Positions 1 to 8,667 of a stretch of DNA of 64,000 nt are shown in pieces. The translations under genes were made by a program, and so were the position numbers. Positions within the stretch are counted from its first letter, which is position 1. The number at the start of each line of letters is the position of its first letter. The notes under the pieces were generated by a model. That model was not told the origin of the DNA. It ran no database searches and saw only the letters and a list, made by a program, of their open reading frames with translations. Origin of the DNA: a virus. The stretch covers positions 64,001 through 128,000 of the IMG/VR virus record IMGVR_UViG_3300027793_000055; one strand, 5' to 3'.

Positions 1-729
1 ACCCCATTTTGTTGACAAGGCAGACACTAGTGCTGATTCGTTAGCCGGAACAGATGGATATACAACGAAATCATGTATAATACCATCAAAGTATCTATAT
101 GCACTACTCCCTACGAACATTTTTGCTGCCGGAAATCCTCCGCTGGCACTTGTATTTTTTTCTGTATAGCTATTATTATTTAGTGCTATACCAACCTTAC
201 CTGATTTTAATCTGGCACGTAATAATATTTTTGTCGCTAGCGGGATTGGAGTAGATGCACTATTTGGATAGTTATTTGCATCAGCATATGATATACTACC
301 ACTAGTGTACAATAATAACCCAGCCCAACCAGAACTAGTTTGCCATATGCCACCATTTGTATATGCGCCTTCGCCGGCAAAATTAACACCCGTACCCGCA
401 GTCTGTGATAGTGTAGAGTTAACAGTAACAACCGTCGCAACATACCATTCAGTATTGCTGCCACGGAAGTCTCGGTTAGCAATTTCCATAAAATCATTTC
501 TTGCTATATCGGGATCTAAAGTGAATGTAACGCCTGCGGGACTACTACTATGTGTTGGTCGTTTGAAAGAACCAGGTTGTACAATAGAAGATGTTATAGT
601 CCCGGTGCTGGCCCAACTGCTCACCGCTCCATTTGCAGTAGTAATAGTGGCGATATCGCTACTATCATAACGATAAGTATATCCTGTAGGCAATGGAGAT
701 GGCGCACTTACTTGTCTATAAAAAAACAT
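1..729 (-). CDS. Virion decoration/fibre protein with LamG/concanavalin-like domain (3' end runs off the window; absent from ORF track)
   Basis: Hand translation from ATG at 729: MFFYRQVSAPSPLPTGYTYRYDSSDIATITTANGAVSSWASTG...FDGIIHDFVVYPSVPANESALVSALSTKWG, no stop before position 1. Clear paralog of 731..1486 (YIFDASDISSITT...VISWASTG...GSIHEIVVF...KAKWSI). Confidence 0.8.
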   Translation of the reverse strand, partial: MFFYRQVSAPSPLPTGYTYRYDSSDIATITTANGAVSSWASTGTITSSIVQPGSFKRPTHSSSPAGVTFTLDPDIARNDFMEIANRDFRGSNTEWYVATVVTVNSTLSQTAGTGVNFAGEGAYTNGGIWQTSSGWAGLLLYTSGSISYADANNYPNSASTPIPLATKILLRARLKSGKVGIALNNNSYTEKNTSASGGFPAAKMFVGSSAYRYFDGIIHDFVVYPSVPANESALVSALSTKWG

Positions 730-730
730 A

Positions 731-1486
731 TTATATACTCCATTTTGCTTTTAGATAGTCGGTCCACAAAACTCTTCTATCATCTGCAAGATCATCAGAG
801 AATACAACAATTTCGTGAATAGAGCCACTTAGACTTCCGGCTCCAGACCAGTTGCCTGCTATTTCTGTTTTCCAGCCAGACGACAAAAGTGTATTTCCTG
901 CTGCGCGAGAAACAAAAGTTCCACCATTTACTGCGACAGAAACGGAAGTACCAGTTGCCTTGCCTTCTACCAATATTTTAGTATTTAAATTTACCCCTGC
1001 GGCAGAAATGGTTTTGTGAGTACCATCATATACATGTGCTTGTGCAACTCTTGTAGTACCGCTTAGTGCCAAATAAATGCCACCATATTGGGCAAAAGCA
1101 AATATTTGATGATTACTGTAAGCATTAACATCACTTCTTGTAATATTGGCTGGATTTACAATGGCAAACATATGCCAATTTGGAGTTGATAAATTTGGAG
1201 CCGTTGTTCCTAAACGCATATAGTAAGCAATATTACTACCACTAAAGTATCTAATTGAATTACTTGTTGCTTCATATATTGGAGCATTAGTAGTATTTCC
1301 TGCACCCGGTGTTGCACTTGAAGTATTGATACCGGTACTGGCCCAACTGATTACTTTATTTGGCACCCCGTTATGAGTTGTCGTGGTTATAGATGAGATA
1401 TCGGATGCATCAAATATATACCTTGCAGAATCACTTGGACGTTCTGGGCCGGCTAATAGATTTTCTCTATAAAAAAATATACCCAT
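731..1486 (-). CDS. Virion decoration/fibre protein, LamG/concanavalin-like lectin fold
   Basis: DASD...V.SW N-terminus and G.I.EI.VF...YL..KW C-terminus typical of phage LamG-like domains; N-terminal MGIFFYRENLL tag. Confidence 0.65.
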   Translation of the reverse strand: MGIFFYRENLLAGPERPSDSARYIFDASDISSITTTTHNGVPNKVISWASTGINTSSATPGAGNTTNAPIYEATSNSIRYFSGSNIAYYMRLGTTAPNLSTPNWHMFAIVNPANITRSDVNAYSNHQIFAFAQYGGIYLALSGTTRVAQAHVYDGTHKTISAAGVNLNTKILVEGKATGTSVSVAVNGGTFVSRAAGNTLLSSGWKTEIAGNWSGAGSLSGSIHEIVVFSDDLADDRRVLWTDYLKAKWSI

Positions 1487-1532
1487 TTTTATTGCTTTTT
1501 ATTATATAGAATCAACTAATATAATTAGTTTT
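1458..1532 (-). repeat. Copy A of ~75-bp promoter/RBS/N-terminus cassette (copy B at 2673..2745)
   Basis: AAAACTAATTATATTAG..TCTATATAATAA....AATAAA.ATGGGT.T.TTTTTTTATAGA.AAAATCT shared with 2673..2745, ~85% identical by manual alignment. Confidence 0.85.
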
Positions 1533-1615
1533 ATTTTTTGTACTGTTCTTTTACTTCTACATTTTGGATAATAAAAAATGAAAATATACCATAATATTTT
1601 AGCATATTGTTTATT

Positions 1616-2425
1616 TTATAACGTTATAGCTTCTCTATAAACTTCAAACCGGTCAATACGAACTGGGGTAACCGGTTGAGATGAATGATATAATATTCCC
1701 ATATATCCAGCAGTTGCAGAACCTATATTGTCACCAGGATACGATGGATTGTTATACCAAGGAACATATGCACCAACTTTTGTTCTTTGTATATCAACTT
1801 GGTGTATTTGTGACCAAATGTCTGCTCCGCTTCCAGTAAATACGGTTATTCTGTCGGCATCTGGGAGTCCCATAACATCCATTCTTACTCTTGTCCATGT
1901 TGCATCTGGTATTGATAATAAACTTATAGCGTAAGCATTGCTATTATTTGCGGCGTCCAAAGAAGAGTTATAAGTGGAGACATTTTCATCTCTTGCGCAC
2001 CGAAGAACCAATTCTGGATTAGTAGCAGTTGTTGCATTTAACATTATGCGATATCCTTTTAAACGATGTGCAGTGAAGGTAGTAGCCCAAGTTTGAGCTG
2101 ATAATGATGAACTATTTTTAAAACTTATCACCCCTGTTGCATGCCGGCTGGTGCTAGACTGAGAATTATCAATTCGCATCAAGGCTCTCAATGAATATGT
2201 AAAACCATATGGATATCCAAGGGAACTTGTTAATAGTGAATTGTTAATTGGTAATAAACCTCCAATCGCGCTCGTGTTGTTGGCATTGGATTGAAAATTT
2301 CGAAACCATGTTCCAGAAGAAGTTATGGGGTTTGATAGAGTGCTATGTTGCACTGCAGTTCCACTAATACTTGTTGAATAAGCGTTTGCAGTGGTAGATA
2401 TTGTTGTCCAATCAATTTGTGCCAT
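1616..2425 (-). CDS. Putative virion protein, beta-sandwich (concanavalin-like)
   Basis: 269 aa, S/T/N-rich, beta-strand pattern, ends VRIDRFEVYR; lies among structural genes. Confidence 0.45.
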   Translation of the reverse strand: MAQIDWTTISTTANAYSTSISGTAVQHSTLSNPITSSGTWFRNFQSNANNTSAIGGLLPINNSLLTSSLGYPYGFTYSLRALMRIDNSQSSTSRHATGVISFKNSSSLSAQTWATTFTAHRLKGYRIMLNATTATNPELVLRCARDENVSTYNSSLDAANNSNAYAISLLSIPDATWTRVRMDVMGLPDADRITVFTGSGADIWSQIHQVDIQRTKVGAYVPWYNNPSYPGDNIGSATAGYMGILYHSSQPVTPVRIDRFEVYREAITL

Positions 2426-2443
2426 TTTTACTTCCTTTATATA

Positions 2444-2701
2444 TTATATATTTGGCCAGGAGCCAGATTCAAATTCTTCTGCAAGCAACACCGAACCAGT
2501 AAAAGTTGGATAAACCAGAGATGCCGTGTTATAGGTTCCATTCCAAGTTGGTTGTTCAAACGCTTCTAAAATTAAAGCAGATTCTGTAAAAGTTGGATAA
2601 ACTAGCGATGCCGTGTTATAGGTTCCATTCCAAGTTGGTTGTTCAAATTCTTCGCTAAATAATAATTTTAAAAGATTTTGTCTATAAAAAAATAAACCCA
2701 T
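2444..2701 (-). CDS. Small virion-associated protein with FFYR tag and 29-aa tandem repeats
   Basis: MGLFFYRQNLL then E.FEQPTWNGTYNTASLVYPTFT twice and a partial third copy (EEFESGSWP); good RBS (GAGG). Confidence 0.7.
   Translation of the reverse strand: MGLFFYRQNLLKLLFSEEFEQPTWNGTYNTASLVYPTFTESALILEAFEQPTWNGTYNTASLVYPTFTGSVLLAEEFESGSWPNI
2499..2647. repeat. Tandem direct repeat, 87-bp period
   Basis: 2499..2560 and 2586..2647 are 60/62 identical; both differences are synonymous. Confidence 0.95.
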
Positions 2702-2745
2702 CTTTATTACCTCTTATTATATAGATTGCTAATATAATTAGTTTT
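2673..2745 (-). repeat. Copy B of promoter/RBS/N-terminus cassette
   Basis: Aligns to 1458..1532 with one 2-nt gap. Confidence 0.85.
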
Positions 2746-3253
2746 TAGTTTGTAGATATCCAGCTTGCGCTATCACCCAACTATCTGCCATATCATAATA
2801 GTGATCTTTTATATTTTCACTATTTTTTTTATTTTCAACTTTAAACCAAGTTTGATTTTGGAGCATCCAATCCATTACCTGTTGTTTGGCTGGAGTTCCT
2901 TTTGTTACTTTTATTCCACACAATTTTCTTGCTGTTCCAGAACCAATATACTGTGGTTTTATCCCTAAATGTTCCCATACCATCCACGATAAGGTTCCAT
3001 TGAACTTTGCCAGTGACAATATTGTTTTTGCTGATGAAAAACCAGGACGAAATGCTTGAAGACTTTCTTCAATAAAAACTTCTGTTATTGGATATTTTTT
3101 TCTTAGTTCTAATATGTTTTCTTTTGCTGCTTGAAGTTTATCAAGCATTTCTTCCTGCTTGAACTTCCAGCAAGTATTCAATACAACACGACCAGCGTAA
3201 TCTATAATAGTTACGCCAGTGCAAGTTGTGGATATGTCTAAACCAAGGATCAT
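2738..3253 (-). CDS. ruvC: RuvC-like Holliday junction resolvase
   Basis: ILGLDISTTCTG (first Asp), VFIEES (Glu), DMADSWVIA (Asp pair): RNase H-fold resolvase catalytic layout. Confidence 0.8.
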   Translation of the reverse strand: MILGLDISTTCTGVTIIDYAGRVVLNTCWKFKQEEMLDKLQAAKENILELRKKYPITEVFIEESLQAFRPGFSSAKTILSLAKFNGTLSWMVWEHLGIKPQYIGSGTARKLCGIKVTKGTPAKQQVMDWMLQNQTWFKVENKKNSENIKDHYYDMADSWVIAQAGYLQTKN

Positions 3254-3265
3254 TTAAATATTATA

Positions 3266-4531
3266 TCACGGAATTGAGCCAGATATAGCAAATAATCGTG
3301 CAGCTATTCTATCAATTGCTTGCCTAATCGTTGTTGGATCGGGATCTGTCCAATGAGCGCCGTTTGCTGGTGTATAAGCTATTGTACTAAATGAACCAGT
3401 ATCTGCTCTTATCGTTTGGAAATCAGCTATAGCACCAAGAGATGTTCCAAGTGTTGAAGTTGTTTTATTAAATACAGAATTTGAGTAACTGAGTGTTCCG
3501 CCTATTATAATTCTGGTCGGTAATCCATTAGTATCTACTGTGGTTGAATCTACCATTTGTATTACGCTGGATGGTGATACTGAAGTTATAGCCGTACCGC
3601 CACTACTTGAGGCAATAATAGTAGAATCATTTATACCTAAAGTTCCAGAAATAAGAACTGGAGAATATAGCGTTATACTATCTCTGACTGTAACAAATGC
3701 AGTTGGATTATTTATTGTGAAATTTGAACCAGATGAAGACTGTGTACCTCCCTGAAATTCTGTAAATCCACCACTAACAACTGAAATATTTCTATTAAAA
3801 TCGCTATCAGTTGCTCTAAAATAAGCAGTTGTTGCTTTTGTAAAAGTGTCATTTATTTTACAATTATCTAAAAATAAAGCGCCAACACCACTATGCACCA
3901 AATTTGCAAGAGATATGCCGTATAATCTTATTGAAGAAGCCGGCGCAATTGACTGTGAAACGGTCATTGTTCCGGAGATATTTACTTCTCCACCATTTGT
4001 TCCTTGTGCCGCACAAATAGTGGTGTTAAATTTACCCATCGTCACATTTTCAATATATGTACCAGGGTGTATGACGATTTGATCTCCACCTTGTGTTGAT
4101 GCAGCTGCGATACCAGCAGCAACCGTTCTGTATGGACTCAATAATGTGCCATTACCAGTAATATCATTACCGCTGCCAGTTGAGACGTGCCATTCTCTTG
4201 CATACACATTTGAAGAAGCAGAAGCAGCATTTGTTGCGAAACTTGCTGTTCCAGCCAAGTTACCACTAAAAGAGCCAGTTATACTTGTTGCTTGTAAGCT
4301 AGTTAATCCGGTTACAGAACTGGCTAATGAAACAGTAACATCACCACTGGTTCCGCCACCAGTTAAATTAGTGCCAGCTGTAACAGAAGTTATATCTCCT
4401 GTTCCACCACCGCCACCACTTACTGTACCAGCAACCCAACTAGTACCATCATAAACTAGTGCATTACCACTAACAGGAGGTACGGCTGGAACTGGTATAG
4501 AATTTTTTGTAAAGCCGTCATTAAAACTCAT
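3266..4531 (-). CDS. Tailspike/fibre with right-handed parallel beta-helix (pectin-lyase-like), possible depolymerase
   Basis: WHVSTGSGNDITGNGTLLSPYRTVAAGIAAA...GDQIVIHPGTYIENV cap followed by ~22-aa beta-helix rungs; N-terminal ALVYDGTSWV.GGGGG fibre linker. Confidence 0.7.
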   Translation of the reverse strand: MSFNDGFTKNSIPVPAVPPVSGNALVYDGTSWVAGTVSGGGGGTGDITSVTAGTNLTGGGTSGDVTVSLASSVTGLTSLQATSITGSFSGNLAGTASFATNAASASSNVYAREWHVSTGSGNDITGNGTLLSPYRTVAAGIAAASTQGGDQIVIHPGTYIENVTMGKFNTTICAAQGTNGGEVNISGTMTVSQSIAPASSIRLYGISLANLVHSGVGALFLDNCKINDTFTKATTAYFRATDSDFNRNISVVSGGFTEFQGGTQSSSGSNFTINNPTAFVTVRDSITLYSPVLISGTLGINDSTIIASSSGGTAITSVSPSSVIQMVDSTTVDTNGLPTRIIIGGTLSYSNSVFNKTTSTLGTSLGAIADFQTIRADTGSFSTIAYTPANGAHWTDPDPTTIRQAIDRIAARLFAISGSIP

Positions 4532-4532
4532 T

Positions 4533-4928
4533 TCAACCTACTCCTGATGAACCAGACCAATTGTTTGGCAATTCTGTGGCTGGAATATTTGTCAATCCTG
4601 CTACGATTGAGGCACTTAATGTGGTACCATTATTACTCATTAAAAATACTTTTGATACTCTTAGATCACAGGCAAAACTCTCACCACGATCTAGTAGGAA
4701 AAAGTTAGTACCATTTATACCGTTTTCACTAAAACCAACTCTTAAACTGCCGGTAGTAGCACTTACATTTTTAACAATTATGCTTTTTGTTACCAATGGA
4801 AAATCAACTTCCAAAGGTGTACTGCCGCTAGCTGGTGCAATTAAAGATGAACTGGCCCAAGGTATTCCAGAAGCTTGGTATGAACCAACATTTGAAAGAC
4901 CTGCTTTTACGTGATTATAGGTTGACAT
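4533..4928 (-). CDS. Small virion structural protein
   Basis: 131 aa, S/G/T-rich beta protein (GLSNVGSYQASGIPW); preceded by ACTAATTA motif and GGAG RBS. Confidence 0.45.
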   Translation of the reverse strand: MSTYNHVKAGLSNVGSYQASGIPWASSSLIAPASGSTPLEVDFPLVTKSIIVKNVSATTGSLRVGFSENGINGTNFFLLDRGESFACDLRVSKVFLMSNNGTTLSASIVAGLTNIPATELPNNWSGSSGVG

Positions 4929-5031
4929 TAATAATACTCCGGATTAAATCAATAACCTAATTAGTGTTTATTTAATATAAAACTCATTTATTTGATTGAA
5001 AAAGAGCAAATTACTTCTACACCTAAATCTA

Positions 5032-7554
5032 TCACTGGTTATTTTTTAGATCTGCCACTTCTGCACTTAGCATATCAATTTTTGCTTTTAGAGTATTTAC
5101 TTCGGATGATAATTGTTTAATGCAATTAATCATAACATATGTTAAAGCGTGAGAATTAAAATTATATAATTCTGTATCTTCAGTATCTTCTGGATTGAGT
5201 TTGGTCTTGTAAACAGAAATACTCTCGGGAAGAATATCTTTTATGTCTTGCGCTATTAAGCCTACATTATTTTTAATATCTGGATTAAATCCACCCTTTC
5301 CATTATAATCGTAAGTAACTGGATTAATCTGAACTAGAGTTTCTAAGCCTTTTGTATAGTTTTGAACATTTTCTTTGATTCTTATATCGGATGAAATTGT
5401 CCAAGTATTTGTTGAAGGCTTTGCAGCACTATCAGTACTTAGCTGAAGCTGAAAACTAGGTGCGGTTGTTCCTATACCAATTCTCCCATCACCACGTACA
5501 CTTAGAGGTGTAGTTGAGACAACACCGGTGCTTCTTGTGATATATTGAAAATCAATTCTGCCGGTGCTTAAACTAGTTGCCGCAGGAGCAATAGCCATAG
5601 CAAAAGTGCTATCTTGACTAAAAAGAACTCTGCCAGCATTTGTAGTACCACCAGATGATTTAAATTCAGCTGCATATTCGGTTGTCGAACTCGCACCAGC
5701 AAAATTAACTTCTAAGCGTGCTCCGGGTGTGGTAGTACCAATACCAACATTTGTTCCCCCAACAAAAAGTGTTGAACCACCACTATTCCTGAAGTCGGCC
5801 AAAGTATGACCTGTGCTAGCACCGGAATCAACTATCAATCTTGCGGCAAGAGGAGAACTTTCAATAGTATTTGTACCATCAATCAATAAACCACTATTAT
5901 TTATGTGCAATCTTTTGCTTGGTGCAGTGGTACCAATACCAACTTTTCCATTATTATCAATTCTTACTCTATCGGAACCACTGGTAACAAATGATATCTG
6001 ATCAATTGATGGACTATACATACCGGTTTCTGAATCAGCAAAAAAACCATATGTTGGTGATGCAGCTGTACCAGCTGACCATTTTATCGTAGGACCACCA
6101 ACAATACCACTAGTTACTCCGAATGTATCAAATAGGGCACGTCTTGTGCCGGCAACGGTCAAACCAATATAAGTGCCAGTGGCATCATAGAAAAATCCTG
6201 TCTGCGTATCATCTAACCAAGTATAGGCTGGTCGTCCTTCGCTACCGGTCGGTACCGCTTGCACTTGGTTGCCCACCGCATTCTGGTTCAGACTGAGAAT
6301 ACTTTCTCCATCAGTAGCGAAAATGAGGTTTTTTGCATTTCGCCACATACCTGAACCGGTAGCAGCAGTAAAACTATATGCCGGTGCGGCTGCTGAACCA
6401 TTAGTACCACGATGAGGCAGAAGAGCAAATACTGCAGTTGTATCTATATGTAAACGGCCGGAACCACTAGTAACAAGAGTGATGGTATCAGCATCAGTAG
6501 ATGTTAAGCCGGTATTTGTGTTATTCACAAAACTATATAATGGAGCCTGAAGCTGATTAAGAGCAGTTTCTGCACTACGTATATATGGTGCTCGACGAGA
6601 TCCGCCAGCCAACTCTACGCCTTGTAATACATCTAAGAAAGTAGCACTACCTGTTACAGTTAGTGAACCGGTTACATTTAAATTACCTGATACAAGAGTG
6701 TTGCCATTAACATGTAATAGAGAAGTTGGACTACTAGTACCTATACCAACATTACCGGTAGAAGTAATTCTTATTCTTTCTGACCCACTTGTTAATAGCG
6801 CAATGTCGCTAGATGTTGCTTCATTTGAAATACTTAAATGGTTGTTTACCGAACTAGTATAACCTATATAACCTAAATTGGCACTTGGGCCTCGAAAACT
6901 CAGATAATTATTTCCGATAGAGCCGGTACTTTGAATTTTTACTATTTCTCCGCTTCCTTTAACATGCAATGGGTTCACGGGTTCATCGGCGTTTAGTCCA
7001 ATACCAACTCTTCCGTTACCTCGGATCTTCAGCGGTGTCGACTCGGTAGCACCGGTACTTCTTGTGATATACTGAAAGTCTAGTCCTCCGTCGATACCAT
7101 TTGTCAATTGAGATATCATCGCTACGCCATATGTATTAAGTTCTGTACTGATAACCAAGCGGCCGGCGTTACTTCTTAGACTGTTTGCAATAATTTCAAC
7201 AGCAGTACTATTTGCATTAAGCTGACCACCATTTACTTCTAAAAGAGCCGTAGGAGTGGTACGTATTCCTACTCTGCCATCATTAGTTAAAATAAATGGA
7301 GTGCTATCTGGGTTTTCTGAGTCTTCTACACGAAAAGACTCGCCTGTTCCACGCTGTGTGATTCGTAGAGCTGTGCTAGAAGATGAAACATCAATTACCG
7401 ATGGTCCAGAAGCACTGATTGCGGAGGCTGTTAAATTTGTAAACTGTGCCGTTGTACCTGACACATTTGATAAGAAAGTAGTACTACCTGTTACAGCTAG
7501 TGAACTTGTAACATTTAAATTACCTGATACTAATGTAGTTTGCAGTGTAGCCAT
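5032..7554 (-). CDS. Tail fibre with C-terminal intramolecular chaperone (peptidase S74)
   Basis: Repeated GNVGIGTT.P..L.V and AP.YSF..D..TG.Y modules; SSDIRIKEN autocleavage motif, NPVTYDY, GLIAQD, C-terminal coiled coil. Confidence 0.9.
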   Translation of the reverse strand: MATLQTTLVSGNLNVTSSLAVTGSTTFLSNVSGTTAQFTNLTASAISASGPSVIDVSSSSTALRITQRGTGESFRVEDSENPDSTPFILTNDGRVGIRTTPTALLEVNGGQLNANSTAVEIIANSLRSNAGRLVISTELNTYGVAMISQLTNGIDGGLDFQYITRSTGATESTPLKIRGNGRVGIGLNADEPVNPLHVKGSGEIVKIQSTGSIGNNYLSFRGPSANLGYIGYTSSVNNHLSISNEATSSDIALLTSGSERIRITSTGNVGIGTSSPTSLLHVNGNTLVSGNLNVTGSLTVTGSATFLDVLQGVELAGGSRRAPYIRSAETALNQLQAPLYSFVNNTNTGLTSTDADTITLVTSGSGRLHIDTTAVFALLPHRGTNGSAAAPAYSFTAATGSGMWRNAKNLIFATDGESILSLNQNAVGNQVQAVPTGSEGRPAYTWLDDTQTGFFYDATGTYIGLTVAGTRRALFDTFGVTSGIVGGPTIKWSAGTAASPTYGFFADSETGMYSPSIDQISFVTSGSDRVRIDNNGKVGIGTTAPSKRLHINNSGLLIDGTNTIESSPLAARLIVDSGASTGHTLADFRNSGGSTLFVGGTNVGIGTTTPGARLEVNFAGASSTTEYAAEFKSSGGTTNAGRVLFSQDSTFAMAIAPAATSLSTGRIDFQYITRSTGVVSTTPLSVRGDGRIGIGTTAPSFQLQLSTDSAAKPSTNTWTISSDIRIKENVQNYTKGLETLVQINPVTYDYNGKGGFNPDIKNNVGLIAQDIKDILPESISVYKTKLNPEDTEDTELYNFNSHALTYVMINCIKQLSSEVNTLKAKIDMLSAEVADLKNNQ

Positions 7555-8636
7555 TATTTTTTACCTCGGGTAGTTTTCTTTTTATTTTTAAGTAGTTCTA
7601 TTTCTACACTTTGTTTTTCTACTTTTTCACTTAATTCTTTTACGGCACTTACAAGAATGCTTACCATTTTTGGATAGTTAATACCTTCACCTATTACGAA
7701 TTCTGGATATACTTCTCTTACTTCTTCTGAAATAAATCCATACTCCCTTCTACCATCGTCAACACGTGTATATGATACAGGATTTAGTTTTGAAATTGTT
7801 GTTAATTCATCATCTAGACTTACTATGTTTGTTTTTATTCTTCTTGTTGAAAGTTCTGATATTGAACCAGTTACAGTTAAATTACCAGATATAATTTGGC
7901 TTCCTATAAATGTATTAGAACCGGTTGTAGCAAAAACTTCTTTATTTAATTCTACCGGTACACCATTCGTACCACCAACCCAAATATGATTTGCAGTTAT
8001 ATTTGGTAGAATATAATGATGACCCGGACCTTTTACAACACCAGAGCCATTTGTACCTATTTTTTCAACATAGCCAAGAGGTTGTACTAATGCACTGCCA
8101 GTAGGTCTTATATTTGTATATCCGCCACCAACTGCAACATAAACAGCTTCACCGGATGCAAACCCATTCGTATTAACTTCATTAATAAAACCTTCTAGGA
8201 TTGCAATTCCTTCTGTATCAGCAGGTATATCTTCAAAAGCTACACAAGCTGCTGGCATTCTTGCAGGATTATTTGCATCAGCACGAAGTATACCAGCAAT
8301 ATTTCCCGAAGTACCACTTGATGTTATATAACAAGGTGTGCCTCTTAAGATTGTTGTTACTTCACGATTTTTTACTCTTATAATTAAATCGTTTGCAACC
8401 GGATCTTGGAAAGTTAATGTTCCCAATCCATTTGTTACCATTACCTGCCCAGCATCACCATCGGCTGTTGGATATAATATACCACCAGCAAAAAGATTAG
8501 ATGCAGAAACAATGGTGGACTGCAACCTACTTCCAGAAATTTCAGAACCAGATACAGAACCGGTTAGTGTTATTAATGAACCACTAATTTGTACTATATT
8601 GTTCTGATTTATTTTTATATTCTTTTGGTAGGCCAC
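7554..8636 (-). CDS. Fibre protein with capsid-cement (DUF2190-like) domain and C-terminal S74 chaperone
   Basis: GTPCYI...ADA...MPAACVA.EDI....G.A...G.I...T..F..GE.VYV...G cement-like domain; STRRIKTNI...LNPVSY...GFISEEV...INYPKMV S74 domain; GTG start with GAGG RBS. Confidence 0.7.
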   Translation of the reverse strand: MAYQKNIKINQNNIVQISGSLITLTGSVSGSEISGSRLQSTIVSASNLFAGGILYPTADGDAGQVMVTNGLGTLTFQDPVANDLIIRVKNREVTTILRGTPCYITSSGTSGNIAGILRADANNPARMPAACVAFEDIPADTEGIAILEGFINEVNTNGFASGEAVYVAVGGGYTNIRPTGSALVQPLGYVEKIGTNGSGVVKGPGHHYILPNITANHIWVGGTNGVPVELNKEVFATTGSNTFIGSQIISGNLTVTGSISELSTRRIKTNIVSLDDELTTISKLNPVSYTRVDDGRREYGFISEEVREVYPEFVIGEGINYPKMVSILVSAVKELSEKVEKQSVEIELLKNKKKTTRGKK

Positions 8637-8667
8637 AGTTCACCCTCTTGTTTAATTTAAGTAATTA

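Noticed and set aside
237-822. ORF-track calls 237..497, 305..670 and 550..822
   Set aside because: Shadow frames of the real minus-strand gene 1..729, which the track missed because it has no stop inside the window.
2499-2647. Direct repeats as a CRISPR array or diversity-generating retroelement TR/VR pair
   Set aside because: In-frame coding tandem repeat with synonymous differences, not adenine-specific; no reverse transcriptase in the window.
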